This document shows positions 26,971 through 37,315 of a stretch of DNA of 43,620 nucleotides, one piece after another. This DNA is from Cycloclasticus sp. GTDB lineage: Bacteria > Pseudomonadota > Gammaproteobacteria > Methylococcales > Cycloclasticaceae. How positions within the stretch are numbered: the stretch's first letter is position 1; every line of letters starts with the position of its first letter. The stretch covers positions 1 through 43,620 of the forward strand of contig JBLIAQ010000001.1 of assembly GCA_047634535.1 (NCBI GenBank). Direction: 5' to 3'. The position numbers and the translations under genes were made by a program. Below the pieces are notes generated by a model, which saw only the letters and a list, made by a program, of their open reading frames with translations, made no database searches and was not told where the DNA came from.

Positions 26971-28764
26971 CTAGCAAATTAAAATCAAAGGTGCACCTGC
27001 TGGAACAGACTCGCCTTCTTTTACAAAAATATCCGAAATTTGGCCTTCAATATGCGCCCTGATTTCGGTTTCCATTTTCATCGCTTCTAGAATAATAACG
27101 ACATCACCTCGATGTACGTCATCGCCCCTTGCGACTCCAATCCTTATAATATTACCGGCCATAGGCGACGATAGCGGTTCATTCTGACAATGAGGTCCGG
27201 CAGCCTCAGACTCAACCTCAGCAACCGAGCTTGGCGTGGATGTTTTAGCCGGAAGCATCTGTTGAAGCTTATCAATTGAGCCTGTCGGTCCGACTTCTAC
27301 AGAATAAACTTGGCCATTAACAGCAACATCATAGGTTTCATTTGCCTTGGATGCGGCTGAATTAGTTAGCACTACACCCGTTGGAACTGGCTCGAACGCA
27401 TCTGGGTTATTTCTTTTTTTGATAAAATCTAGGCCTACCTGCGGAAATAACGCGTAGGTTAAAACGTCATCAATGGTCTGTTCCGCCAACTGCAAACTCT
27501 CGGCCTTCGCTTTAGCCTCAAGCTCGGTGGTCAGTTTATCCAGCTCATCATCAATTAAGTCGGCTGGGCGACATGTAATGGCCTGAGCGCCTTCTAAAAC
27601 CCGCAATTGAAGTTCTGCATTAACAGCGGCGGGGGTCGCACCATATTCGCCTTTGAGTATGCCGGCCGTTTCTTTACTGATTGACTTGTAACGCTCGCCC
27701 ATAAGCACGTTCATGACCGCCTGAGTACCGACAATTTGTGACGTCGGCGTGACTAACGGCAAATAACCCAGGTCTTTTCGAACGGCGGGAATTTCTGCCA
27801 GCACTTCATCGATTTTATCGGCCGCATTTTGTTGTTTCAACTGACTTTCAAGGTTTGTTAGCATGCCGCCGGGCACTTGAGCTATTAAAATTCTTGAGTC
27901 TACGCCTTTTAGCGAACCTTCAAATTCTGCGTACTTGGGTCGCACTTCTCTGAAATAAGCGGCAATCTCTTCTACAAGATTAATATCCAGTCCTGTGGCA
28001 CGCTCTGTTCCTTCCAACATCGCAATAAACGTTTCTGTCGGCGAATGCCCGTAGGTCATACTCATTGAAGAAATAGCCGTATCTAGCATATCCAGACCGG
28101 CATCTACCGCTTTAAGACAGGTCGCTACGCTCATACCCGTCGTTGCATGACAATGCAAGGCGATCGGGATATCGCACTCCGCCTTTAAACGTTTTACAAG
28201 TTCAGCAGCGACGTATGGTTTTAATAAACCGGCCATATCTTTGATCGCAATCGAGTGACAGCCCTGATCTTCTAATTTCTTACCCATAGTCACCCACCCT
28301 TCCAGCGTATGCACGGGGCTGTCGGTGTAAGAAATGGTACCTTGTGCGTGCTTACCCACCTCTATGGTTGCTTTAATGGCTGTTTCCAGGTTGCGAACAT
28401 CATTCATCGCATCAAAGATACGAAATACATCCATGCCATTAACTGCAGCGCGTTCAACGAATTTATGCACCACGTCATCGGCATAATGCCTATAACCTAA
28501 AAGATTTTGGCCACGTAACAGCATTTGCTGCGGGGTGTTTGGCATCGCTTTTTTAAGTAACCTCAAGCGCTCCCATGGGTCTTCGCCTAAATAACGGATA
28601 CAAGAATCAAACGTTGCGCCTCCCCATGTTTCAAGCGACCAATAGCCGACCCTATCTAATTTCTCAGCGATCGGTAACATATCTTCAATCCGCAAGCGTG
28701 TTGCAAATAAAGACTGGTGAGCGTCGCGCAACACGACATCGGTAATTTTTAATGGATTAGTCAT
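26971..28764 (-). CDS. oadA: Oxaloacetate decarboxylase alpha subunit
   Basis: [23 protein letters not shown] and biotin motif EAMKM; likely start MTNPLK at 28764. Confidence 0.96.
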   Translation of the reverse strand: MTNPLKITDVVLRDAHQSLFATRLRIEDMLPIAEKLDRVGYWSLETWGGATFDSCIRYLGEDPWERLRLLKKAMPNTPQQMLLRGQNLLGYRHYADDVVHKFVERAAVNGMDVFRIFDAMNDVRNLETAIKATIEVGKHAQGTISYTDSPVHTLEGWVTMGKKLEDQGCHSIAIKDMAGLLKPYVAAELVKRLKAECDIPIALHCHATTGMSVATCLKAVDAGLDMLDTAISSMSMTYGHSPTETFIAMLEGTERATGLDINLVEEIAAYFREVRPKYAEFEGSLKGVDSRILIAQVPGGMLTNLESQLKQQNAADKIDEVLAEIPAVRKDLGYLPLVTPTSQIVGTQAVMNVLMGERYKSISKETAGILKGEYGATPAAVNAELQLRVLEGAQAITCRPADLIDDELDKLTTELEAKAKAESLQLAEQTIDDVLTYALFPQVGLDFIKKRNNPDAFEPVPTGVVLTNSAASKANETYDVAVNGQVYSVEVGPTGSIDKLQQMLPAKTSTPSSVAEVESEAAGPHCQNEPLSSPMAGNIIRIGVARGDDVHRGDVVIILEAMKMETEIRAHIEGQISDIFVKEGESVPAGAPLILIC

Positions 28765-28774
28765 AAGTTGTCTA

Positions 28775-29008
28775 TTAACTAGAGCGGAAACGCTGAACCG
28801 CGATCGAAATAGCGGCAACAATGTTTTCGTCAATTTGAGATGGCTGTGGAGTTTTAACACTATCGGCTACTGCAACAGGGTCGTACTTCATTATCAACGC
28901 CGATAACCCTTTAATAACAATCACTAATAAACCCAGGATGAAAAAAACCATTCCCATCCCAAGAACCATTAAGTCCAAACCTTGCGTAAGTAAATCTGAA
29001 ATATTCAT
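28775..29008 (-). CDS. oadG: Oxaloacetate decarboxylase gamma subunit
   Basis: [21 protein letters not shown] and IVAAISIAV; first gene of oadGAB. Confidence 0.9.
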   Translation of the reverse strand: MNISDLLTQGLDLMVLGMGMVFFILGLLVIVIKGLSALIMKYDPVAVADSVKTPQPSQIDENIVAAISIAVQRFRSS

Positions 29009-29016
29009 AGTGGCGA

Positions 29017-29022
29017 ATTATA
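29017..29022 (-). promoter_or_regulatory. Consensus -10 hexamer immediately before oadG
   Basis: TATAAT on the minus strand, 8 nt upstream of the oadG ATG. Confidence 0.5.
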
Positions 29023-29093
29023 GTGCATAAACCAATATAAGATAAACGAAAAATAAACAACTGGGTTTTCTCATCACCCTTTCGATACGTTAT

Positions 29094-29558
29094 CTAATTA
29101 AAACGCCATCTTAAAACATCCTCTTGAGAGCCGCCGCCTGATGGCCTATCGTCCGCTTCATTTTGCTCTTTCCGTTGCTCGACAATAGTTTCTTGCTTAA
29201 CCCTTTTATCAATTAGTTTTTCAACTGCTTTTTTTTGACTATTAGTTCTTTGGAAAGCCTGCTGGTGTTCATCCACCTGATGATGCTTACCTTGAACCGC
29301 CCGGGTTTGTTCTTCGATTGCGCGGTCTAACTTATGCACAAAAGCCTGGTAATCCTGTAGTCTTGACGCTGACATACCACCCTGACCTTTAGTTTTAAAC
29401 TGAACGATATAATCTTCACGATAGCCTCGTAGTTTTTCCAGCTGGTCTACGCTAGCTTCTTTCTCTAGCACAGACTTTGCCACCTTAACGGCAGCGGCGG
29501 CCTCCTTGTTTTCAGCAATTTTTTTGACCGGCTCCAGTCTTTTTGATTTTTTCAACAC
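29094..29558 (-). CDS. fliJ: Flagellar export protein FliJ
   Basis: Coiled-coil protein following fliI; QLEKLRGYREDY and YQAFVHKLDRAIEEQ motifs; GTG/TTG start after a GGAGG SD. Confidence 0.9.
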   Translation of the reverse strand: MLKKSKRLEPVKKIAENKEAAAAVKVAKSVLEKEASVDQLEKLRGYREDYIVQFKTKGQGGMSASRLQDYQAFVHKLDRAIEEQTRAVQGKHHQVDEHQQAFQRTNSQKKAVEKLIDKRVKQETIVEQRKEQNEADDRPSGGGSQEDVLRWRFN

Positions 29559-29589
29559 GCCTCCAAATTACATTTTCCCTGATTGATCA

Positions 29590-30951
29590 TTAGCCGGTTC
29601 CTTGCAAAACCCGTTGTAAATCATCGAGGCTTTCATCAAAATCCACCGCTTCATTCAAGCCTTGCTGAAGAAAGTCTAACATCGATTCATGCATATCAAT
29701 GGCCTGATCCACCGTCGCATTGGCACCTGGTTGATAAGCGCCTACATTAACTAAGTCTACATTTTTTTGGTAGGTAGAGTTTATTCGACGAAATTCTCGC
29801 GCCAGCTCCTGATGTTCTTCTGGCACCACTTCGGTCATTAGTCGGCTCACTGACGCTTCCATATCGATAGCAGGAAAGTGCCCCGCCTCGGCCAAACTTC
29901 TCGACAGGTGTATATGACCATCTAAAATGGCTCGACTCGCGTCTGCAATGGGGTCATTAGAGTCATCCCCTTCTGTTAAAACCGTATAGAACGCGGTAAT
30001 TGAACCATTTCCTTCGTCAGAGTTACCGGCGCGTTCAACCAGTCCAGGCAACTTACTAAAAACAGACGGCGGATAGCCTTTTGTCGCGGGCGGCTCGTTG
30101 ATCGCTAGTGCTATTTCACGCTGGGCTTGAGCATATCGGGTTAACGAATCCATTAACAATAAAACATTTTTTCCTTGATCACGAAAGTACTCGGCGATAC
30201 TGGTCGCCAGCATCGCACCGTGCATGCGCATTAAAGGCGGATGGTCTGCAGGCGTTGCAACGACAACTGCTCGCGCCAGGCCTTCTTCGCCTAAATTTTT
30301 TCTAACAAATTCATTTACTTCTCGTCCACGTTCGCCAATTAAACCAACGACGATCACGTCGGCACTGGTATATCTCGTCATCATACCTAGCAACACGCTT
30401 TTGCCCACACCACTGCCAGCAAATAAGCCAAGGCGTTGCCCACGACCAACCGTCAGCAAAGAATTAATCGCCCTGATACCCACGTCTAATGGCTCCGATA
30501 TGGGTTTCCGCCCGAGAGGATTTATTGGCCTGCCTTGCAAGGGCATGGTATCGGTTGTATGAACGGGACCTTTGCCATCAAGAGGCTTACCCCCACCATC
30601 AATCACTCTACCCAGCAGGGCTGATCCTACGTGTGCCATACTACTCAGCCCCAACGGGATGACACGACAATCCTGTTCAAGCCCTCTGATTTCACCCGTA
30701 GACATCAGAAACAGACGCTCTGCCGAAAACCCCACGACTTCGGCCTCTGTTCGATCCCCGTCGACCGTTTCAATGATACATCGGCCGCCAATCGTCGAAC
30801 GGCAACCGACGGCTTCCAAGGTTAAACCCACCATTCTGGTTAACTTCCCTTCTACCAGCACCGGCTGCCCAGCCTCTATCCGTTTTTTATATAGCTTGAG
30901 CCGACTCAGCCACTTACTTGAACGTTGTGTTACGAAAGCGGGTTCGCTCAT
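29590..30951 (-). CDS. fliI: Flagellar export ATPase FliI
   Basis: AGSGVGKS, GERGREV, DSLTRYAQAQREI and GEPP-like EPPATKGYPPS motifs. Confidence 0.97.
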   Translation of the reverse strand: MSEPAFVTQRSSKWLSRLKLYKKRIEAGQPVLVEGKLTRMVGLTLEAVGCRSTIGGRCIIETVDGDRTEAEVVGFSAERLFLMSTGEIRGLEQDCRVIPLGLSSMAHVGSALLGRVIDGGGKPLDGKGPVHTTDTMPLQGRPINPLGRKPISEPLDVGIRAINSLLTVGRGQRLGLFAGSGVGKSVLLGMMTRYTSADVIVVGLIGERGREVNEFVRKNLGEEGLARAVVVATPADHPPLMRMHGAMLATSIAEYFRDQGKNVLLLMDSLTRYAQAQREIALAINEPPATKGYPPSVFSKLPGLVERAGNSDEGNGSITAFYTVLTEGDDSNDPIADASRAILDGHIHLSRSLAEAGHFPAIDMEASVSRLMTEVVPEEHQELAREFRRINSTYQKNVDLVNVGAYQPGANATVDQAIDMHESMLDFLQQGLNEAVDFDESLDDLQRVLQGTG

Positions 30952-31604
30952 GGTGCGGCTCTTTCATCGCCTAGTGCTTGAGCAATAATGACCGATAGTC
31001 GATTCTCTATCGTCGCATCAATTGTTGACACGTCTGTTACTACGCGACAACCACCACGGCTAAGAACGGGGTCTTCTATTACCTTCCAACGCGTATCATC
31101 TGCCTGCCCAAGGGATAGCGCTGAGACCACGAGTCGGGCATCTTCTGGATGTAGGAATAATTGTATATTCTGTGAACTCGACGGCAAGGCAGCGAGTGCC
31201 TCTTTAACCACGGCGATCACCTGGCCTGAGTCAAATTTTATTTCGCGACGAACAAGCTGTCTTGCAATCTGAATTGCCAGTGCGGCAATTTCATGTTCTA
31301 CCTGCTCATCAAATTCATCAAAAGGAGCCTGCATCGATTCAAGTATAGATTCTAGCTGTCTTACTTGTTGTGCAATTTGAGCCTCGCTTTCTTTTAGCCC
31401 TTTTGCAAAGCCTTCTTCATAACCTTTTTTTGAAGCCTCTTGCGCCACTTGTAGCTGAAGTTTTTCGAGCTCACCCGCGGTAGGCACTTTGATCTTCCCA
31501 AGGTCAACATCAGCTGAGGTTGAGCCTGCAAAAGAAGGAAATTTCCACGACGTAATATCTTCTATTTTAGAGGGTGATTTAGACAAAATCATCGCCTCCG
31601 CCAC
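30948..31604 (-). CDS. fliH: Flagellar assembly protein FliH
   Basis: GYEEGFAKG repeats, LHPED and GGCRV motifs; between fliG and fliI. True start may be 31592 or 31586. Confidence 0.92.
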   Translation of the reverse strand: MAEAMILSKSPSKIEDITSWKFPSFAGSTSADVDLGKIKVPTAGELEKLQLQVAQEASKKGYEEGFAKGLKESEAQIAQQVRQLESILESMQAPFDEFDEQVEHEIAALAIQIARQLVRREIKFDSGQVIAVVKEALAALPSSSQNIQLFLHPEDARLVVSALSLGQADDTRWKVIEDPVLSRGGCRVVTDVSTIDATIENRLSVIIAQALGDERAAP

Positions 31605-32604
31605 CGCCTAAAGAAATTTCACCTGAATCAGACAAACGTCTTGCAATAATCAATATTTCTTTTTGCGCCGCCTCAACATCGCTTACTCTGGCTGGAGGCG
31701 CGGCCTCCATATCGTCTCGTAACATTTCTGCTGCGCGTTTAGACATATTGGCAAATACTTTCTCTTTTAATGCATTATCGGCACCACGTAATGCAATTGT
31801 CAGCACGTCTGTTGAAACTTCTTTCAGTAAACCCTGAATACCTCTGTCATCAACCTCAATAAGGTTATCAAAGACGAACATTTTATCTTGAATTTGCTGC
31901 CCAATATCTTCATCTACATCACCGATACTATCGATTAACTCGGCACTCAGCGAGGATTCCATGAAGTTCAAAATATTTGCAACCGTTTTAACGCCACCCA
32001 TAGAAGCTGATTTAACACCTGAATTTCCGGACAATTGTTTTTCCATGATCACATCTAACTCCTGAAGGGCAGCAGGTTGAACGCCTTCCAAGACGGCAAC
32101 ACGCATTAAAACATCGGGCCTTAATCTGGGTGCCAGGTAGCTCAATGTTTCTGCTGCCTGGTCAGCATCGAGATAAGAAACGACAATCGCGATGATTTGC
32201 GGGTGCTCCAAACGGATTAGATCAGCAATAGATCGTGGATCCATCCATTTTAACTGCTCCAAACCTTTCGAATTTCTGCCCAACAAAATACGATCGATCA
32301 CACCACCGGCTTTGTCGGCACCTAACGCATTAGTTAACACATTTTTTATATAGCTGTCAGAGTCTATACCTAAAGCAGTCTGACCACCAATGGTACTAAT
32401 AAATTGACCCACGACTTCATTTAGTGTTTCGGTGGTAATGTTTTCAAGCGTCGCCATCGCCGTACCCACCATTTGAACTTCTTTGGGCCCCATATGTTTC
32501 ATCACGCTAGCCGCGTGCTCTTCGCCTAAAGATAGCAGCAGAACAGCAGCCTGCGAGGTGCCGTTTAACTCTTGATTCTTTGCTTTTGCTTTTGCTTCGG
32601 CCAT
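31579..32604 (-). CDS. fliG: Flagellar motor switch protein FliG
   Basis: AAVLLLSLGEE, EHPQIIA, MFVFDNL and NMSKRAAEML motifs. Confidence 0.97.
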   Translation of the reverse strand: MAEAKAKAKNQELNGTSQAAVLLLSLGEEHAASVMKHMGPKEVQMVGTAMATLENITTETLNEVVGQFISTIGGQTALGIDSDSYIKNVLTNALGADKAGGVIDRILLGRNSKGLEQLKWMDPRSIADLIRLEHPQIIAIVVSYLDADQAAETLSYLAPRLRPDVLMRVAVLEGVQPAALQELDVIMEKQLSGNSGVKSASMGGVKTVANILNFMESSLSAELIDSIGDVDEDIGQQIQDKMFVFDNLIEVDDRGIQGLLKEVSTDVLTIALRGADNALKEKVFANMSKRAAEMLRDDMEAAPPARVSDVEAAQKEILIIARRLSDSGEISLGGGGGDDFV

Positions 32605-34256
32605 TATTCTTGTATCCAGGTTTTCATTACTTGGGCCACCCGTTTAGGGTCTTCTCCAGCAATTTTTTGAGCCATTAACAACCTTTGTTCATAGCTTTTT
32701 GGCGCTTCCAAACGCATTAACTCTTCGTCAGTTTCTAAAGCATATTGGCCGCCTTCACCAGACTGAGCCTTCGGTTGTCCATCTTCTCCAACCATTACAC
32801 CCTGTAGAGCTGTTGGCAACACACTGGGTGCCGGCTTTGCCAAGAGGCTCTTAATGGTTGGTTTTAACACCACAAAAATAAGTAATAGCGCGAAAATACC
32901 GCCGACAGCCTGTTTCGCTAAATTTAATACCCAGGGTTGTTCCCATAAAGGTATTTCTGGCAGAGGGGCCAACACTTCTGGTAGTTTAAATGCCAAATTA
33001 GTCACCGTAACACTGTCCCCGCGTAGTTCATTAAAGCCTATGGCCTCTTTCACCAGGTTGGTAAACTTTGCTAAATTATCAACAGTATACGCCTCTGAGG
33101 TGACAACCCCTTCAGTAGAAGTCCCTTGTTTATTATCAATAACGACCGCCACAGTAATGCGTTTCAACCGCCCCGTTGATAATTGAGTATGGCTAATTTT
33201 TTTATCCAGCTCGTAATTTTTAACCTCCCGTTTATTGATATTCATTGACCCTGATACCGCACTCGCTGATGCCTCTATGCCTACCACCTCGGGTGCCACA
33301 CCAGCTGCAGGTGGTTGATTTGATAACGCTCCGGGTACGCCTTGTGCTCCCGCTAAATTGCTTTTCTCCTCGGTCACTTGCTCGCTTCTTAGTGATAGCA
33401 GATCGGGGTTATATTGTTCTTGCGTTTGTTCCGTTATTGTAAAGTCAACGTCCGCTGATACCGACGCCCGAATAGCCCCCGCTCCTACAATGGGCAGCAA
33501 AATACTTTCTACGCGGTTGATTAAGTGTTCCTCCACGCCCTGTTTATACTGAAATTGATTACTGGTCATGGACATCGAATCATCTGATGATCTCGAGCTA
33601 AGCAAGGTGCCTTTTTGGTCAACGATAGTGACGTGCGTAGAGTCAAGTCGTGGAACGGCTGAGGATACCAAATGCAAAATTGCTGCCACTTCACCTTTTT
33701 TGAGCTCTCGCCCCTGATGCATATCTACTACCACAGAAGCACTGGGAGAGCTTCGATGCCTTAAAAAAACCGATTGCTTTGGTATCGCCAATAAGACACG
33801 CGCTGAACGAACGCTTTGAATAGTAACAATCGAACGCGCAATTTCACCCTCGAGTGCGCGTTGAATTCGAACCTTTTCAATAGAGTGACTGGTACCAAAA
33901 CCCGATTCTTTCTCTAACAGTTCAAAGCCTTGCCCACCGCCGCGTGGCAGCCCAAGACCAGCCAGTTTTAAGCGCAACTCATCAACTTCGGTGGACGGCA
34001 CTAAAATAGCGCCTGAACCGGCGTCCAATTTATACTCGACACCCGATTGCTGTAAACCAGACACCACGGCGCTAAGTTCTCTGTCACCGAGGTTGCTGTA
34101 TAACAAACTGTAATTAGGCGTTTGCGACCATAGCACGACCGCAACCCCTAGCGCGACGCTGACGGCCAGAGCTAGCATAACGCCCACTTGTCGCAGCATC
34201 ATATTGGTTTGGGGTGTTTGCATTTGCAGGGCTGCTTGCGATGCCGGAGTTGCCAT
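32604..34256 (-). CDS. fliF: Flagellar M-ring protein FliF
   Basis: Two TMs; GFELLE, RALEGEIARSI, SASVV, GVPGALSNQPP and NYELDK motifs. Confidence 0.97.
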   Translation of the reverse strand: MATPASQAALQMQTPQTNMMLRQVGVMLALAVSVALGVAVVLWSQTPNYSLLYSNLGDRELSAVVSGLQQSGVEYKLDAGSGAILVPSTEVDELRLKLAGLGLPRGGGQGFELLEKESGFGTSHSIEKVRIQRALEGEIARSIVTIQSVRSARVLLAIPKQSVFLRHRSSPSASVVVDMHQGRELKKGEVAAILHLVSSAVPRLDSTHVTIVDQKGTLLSSRSSDDSMSMTSNQFQYKQGVEEHLINRVESILLPIVGAGAIRASVSADVDFTITEQTQEQYNPDLLSLRSEQVTEEKSNLAGAQGVPGALSNQPPAAGVAPEVVGIEASASAVSGSMNINKREVKNYELDKKISHTQLSTGRLKRITVAVVIDNKQGTSTEGVVTSEAYTVDNLAKFTNLVKEAIGFNELRGDSVTVTNLAFKLPEVLAPLPEIPLWEQPWVLNLAKQAVGGIFALLLIFVVLKPTIKSLLAKPAPSVLPTALQGVMVGEDGQPKAQSGEGGQYALETDEELMRLEAPKSYEQRLLMAQKIAGEDPKRVAQVMKTWIQE

Positions 34257-34304
34257 AAATAATTACCTTTAATTGTCTTAATAGTGGTTGCGATAAAACA
34301 CAAA

Positions 34305-34622
34305 TTACATCGTCATTCGCATCACGTCTTTATACGCATCAATGAGTTTGTTTCTGGTCTGCAATACCGTTTGAAATGATAAATTAGCCTTTTGTAGCGA
34401 CACCATCACTTCGGCCAGACTGACGTCGGTATCGCCTTTTTCAAACGCCGTTGTTAACGCGCCTGCCTGTTGTTGCGTTTTATTAACCGCTTCAATCGAT
34501 TGACTCAGCATGCTTGAAAAATCTGTCGATGCAGTCGATTTTGTTTCCGCAATTGGGCTTTGAGCCTGAACCGACATGGCGCGCATTTGAGCCAATACAC
34601 TATTGATTTCCATATTACTCAT
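34305..34622 (-). CDS. fliE: Flagellar hook-basal body protein FliE
   Basis: VMVSLQKANLSFQ...RNKLIDAYKDVMRM motif. Confidence 0.95.
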   Translation of the reverse strand: MSNMEINSVLAQMRAMSVQAQSPIAETKSTASTDFSSMLSQSIEAVNKTQQQAGALTTAFEKGDTDVSLAEVMVSLQKANLSFQTVLQTRNKLIDAYKDVMRMTM

Positions 34623-34671
34623 TTGATTTCCCCTATTTGATAGTAAAGATTACTTAAATGGATAATTAGAC

Positions 34672-36009
34672 TCACGCTGGAATCTCAACACCAGCATCGC
34701 GCATACGAGCAATTTTGTAGCGTAAGGTTCTTGCACTAATACCCAGCCGTTCGGCTGTGTTCTTTCTACTGCCATTGGAATGCACAAGCGTTTCTAAAAT
34801 TAACTTATCTTCAACGGCTTTAACGCCTTCATTCAGTCCATTGTCGCTATTCGCATCCATATTTGTGAGCGCTGGGGCTGACGATTGGCCCAGTTCAAAC
34901 ATTAAGTCTGCCTCACTAATTTCAGAATTAGAGGTCATAATTAACGCGCGCTGGATAACATTTTCTAACTCTCTAACATTGCCTTGCCAGGGATGATTTT
35001 CCAGTAGTTTAATCGCGCCAGATGTTAAGCCAGGCACTGATTGTTCGCCGACATAGTGTCTCGCTATCATGGTTTTTGCCAGCGCTAACACATCTGCTTT
35101 ACGCTCTCTAAGAGGCGGAATATTAATGGGGAAGACGTTTATTCTGTATAGCAAATCTTCTCTAAACTTGCCTTCATTAACGAACTCACGCAAGTTTCTA
35201 TTTGTTGTTGCCAAGACGCGCACATCCAATGGAATAGTCTTTCTACCGCCTAAGCGCTCCACTTCTTTTTCTTGTAATACGCGCAATAATTTGGCCTGTA
35301 ACAAAATATTCATTTCAGAGATTTCATCCAGTAAAATCGTTCCACCCTGGGCTTGTTCAAATTTCCCCGGTGCCGCCTGATAAGCACCCGTAAAGGCACC
35401 CTTTTCGTAACCAAACAGCATCGCTTCGAGCATATTTTCAGGAATCGCCGCGCAATTAACGGCGACGAAGGCTTGCTTGCTTCTAGCTGAATTTTTATGA
35501 ATAAAGCGCGATATCACCTCTTTGCCAGTACCACTTTCTCCCTGGATCAACACCGTTACTTCACTTTTTGCAACCCGACCCGCTAGCGCCACGATGTCTT
35601 TCATACAGCTATCGTTACTCGGTAGCTCACCATATGTGGTGGCCACTGGAGCAATCATTTGCTCAACATTTTTAATTAACGCACTGATCTCGAAGGGCTT
35701 GGTCATATAATCTGAGGCGCCCGCTTTAATCGCCCTAACCGCTTTATCCACCGCTGCGTGCGCTGTCATCAACAACACTGGAAGGTTTGGGAAGCGTGAC
35801 TTTAATTCTTCTAACAATTGCAAACCGTCCATCAGCTCCATTTGAACGTCGCTGATGACGAGACGGGCGTGATACTTTTCTAGTGCTTTTAATGCTTCTA
35901 AACCATTATCAACGCACTTCGTGCTATAGCCGTAATTTGTTAAGGCATCATCTAGTGCTTCCTGTAACGGCCCATCATCCTCAACGATCAATACATCTAT
36001 ATCTTTCAT
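34672..36009 (-). CDS. fleR: sigma54-dependent response regulator FleR (FlrC)
   Basis: REC domain, AAA+ domain ([14 protein letters not shown]) and HTH (LGISARTLRYKIARMRDAG); between fleS and fliE. Confidence 0.93.
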   Translation of the reverse strand: MKDIDVLIVEDDGPLQEALDDALTNYGYSTKCVDNGLEALKALEKYHARLVISDVQMELMDGLQLLEELKSRFPNLPVLLMTAHAAVDKAVRAIKAGASDYMTKPFEISALIKNVEQMIAPVATTYGELPSNDSCMKDIVALAGRVAKSEVTVLIQGESGTGKEVISRFIHKNSARSKQAFVAVNCAAIPENMLEAMLFGYEKGAFTGAYQAAPGKFEQAQGGTILLDEISEMNILLQAKLLRVLQEKEVERLGGRKTIPLDVRVLATTNRNLREFVNEGKFREDLLYRINVFPINIPPLRERKADVLALAKTMIARHYVGEQSVPGLTSGAIKLLENHPWQGNVRELENVIQRALIMTSNSEISEADLMFELGQSSAPALTNMDANSDNGLNEGVKAVEDKLILETLVHSNGSRKNTAERLGISARTLRYKIARMRDAGVEIPA

Positions 36010-36013
36010 CGGC

Positions 36014-37198
36014 TTAATAACTCCTCATTAAATGTTGCGCTGACGCTGAAATAACGACGGGCAAAGTTAACTCCATGGTTGTGCCAACCCCTATATCCGA
36101 CGTGCATTTGATTTTCCCGTCGTGCGAATTAACGACCTCTTTAACCACCGCCAGACCTAAACCCGTCCCATTGCTTTTATTGCTATAGAAAGGTTCAAAA
36201 ATTCGTTGTTGCTCCTGTGCTGTTATACCTACGCCCTCGTTCTTAATACTGATCTTTAACTTACTAGAGCCGTAAACGGCCACTTCACACACCACTTTTG
36301 TATGACTAGCCCTGGCATCTAATGCATTATCAATAAGGTTTGCGAGCGCCCCAATCACGGCGTCTTCACTGATATAAAGCTGCCTACCCTGATTAGTCGG
36401 ATAGTGAAATTCCACTAATTTATCTTTATAAAGGTCTGATAGACGATCAATAAATTTCAGTAATTCGACCGATGTTTTCATGAACTGACCTTTATGAGAG
36501 TAATTCAACATATCGGTGACCTGTGAGTTCAGACGTCTTAGTCGCTCTAGTAATTTTGATGAAAATTTTTGTTGCGATTCCTTGCTCAAGGAGTCTGAAC
36601 TTAATTGAGACGCATATAGCAGCGCAGATGCTAAAGGTGTACGAATCTGATGCGCAAGACTCGCAGAAAACTCGCCCATCTCGGCGAGCTTCTTTTTGTG
36701 TTCGAGTTGTTGATGCAGTTTTTGTTGCTGAGTGATATCGCTCAACAAAACCACGCTCCCTGACTGCCCCATTAAACGGGTAGTAGACAGCGCTATCACC
36801 TTGCCATTTTGCAGCGTAAATTGATCATCAATATGATCGCTATCTATCAAACAGGCCGCTTTTAGCGCGGACCATTGTTGACCAATAAGGTCTACTTGCA
36901 ACCAAAGTCTTGCACAAGCGTTCGCCTTAACAATACTTTTTTTACCATTTAAAACAATCACCGCACCTGGTAAAGCCTCAATCAAACCTTCCAGCTGTCC
37001 TGCTAAGACTTCTTTGTCTGACTGGTGCTGTATTTTTTCGACATTTGCTCTTGCCAGCTCCTGGCTTAGTACAGCAACCTGCTGTTCTAATTGTTGATAA
37101 GAGTCCGTCAGGTGTTGCGAAATTTGATTGAAGGCCTGAAATGCTTCTTCTAGCGGCTGTCCCTTATGAATCTGTTCTGTGGTAGCGAGTAGGCTCAT
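36014..37198 (-). CDS. fleS: Cytoplasmic PAS histidine kinase FleS (FlrB)
   Basis: LAHQIRTPL H-box, N-box NLIDNA and GTGLGLAVV; start set at ATG 37198, downstream of the sigma54 promoter. Confidence 0.92.
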   Translation of the reverse strand: MSLLATTEQIHKGQPLEEAFQAFNQISQHLTDSYQQLEQQVAVLSQELARANVEKIQHQSDKEVLAGQLEGLIEALPGAVIVLNGKKSIVKANACARLWLQVDLIGQQWSALKAACLIDSDHIDDQFTLQNGKVIALSTTRLMGQSGSVVLLSDITQQQKLHQQLEHKKKLAEMGEFSASLAHQIRTPLASALLYASQLSSDSLSKESQQKFSSKLLERLRRLNSQVTDMLNYSHKGQFMKTSVELLKFIDRLSDLYKDKLVEFHYPTNQGRQLYISEDAVIGALANLIDNALDARASHTKVVCEVAVYGSSKLKISIKNEGVGITAQEQQRIFEPFYSNKSNGTGLGLAVVKEVVNSHDGKIKCTSDIGVGTTMELTLPVVISASAQHLMRSY

Positions 37199-37232
37199 TA
37201 TCTGCAATATCAATTGAATGTATTACAGCTAA

Positions 37233-37248
37233 TGCTAAAAACATGCCA
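37233..37248 (-). promoter_or_regulatory. sigma54 promoter of fleSR
   Basis: Minus strand TGGCATGTTTTTAGCA (GG-N10-GC). Confidence 0.8.
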
Positions 37249-37266
37249 ATTATATTTTTACTTAAA

Positions 37267-37279
37267 AAACAATGAGTTA
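37267..37279. promoter_or_regulatory. Putative IHF site
   Basis: AAACAATGAGTTA has one mismatch to WATCAANNNNTTR, in an AT-rich tract between the promoter and the enhancer. Confidence 0.55.
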
Positions 37280-37299
37280 AAAAATAAGTATTATTAACT

Positions 37300-37313
37300 G
37301 TCAAATAATGGGC
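37300..37313. promoter_or_regulatory. Putative FleQ enhancer box upstream of fleSR
   Basis: GTCAAATAATGGGC, similar to GTCA-A/T-rich-TGAC. Confidence 0.5.
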
Positions 37314-37315
37314 GC

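Noticed and set aside
28765-28860. N-terminal extensions in the ORF track (oadA to 28860; also ppnP to 7711, rluB to 4338, the ORF at 260, fleS to 37213)
   Set aside because: They overlap neighbouring genes or promoters; homologous sequence begins at downstream ATGs.
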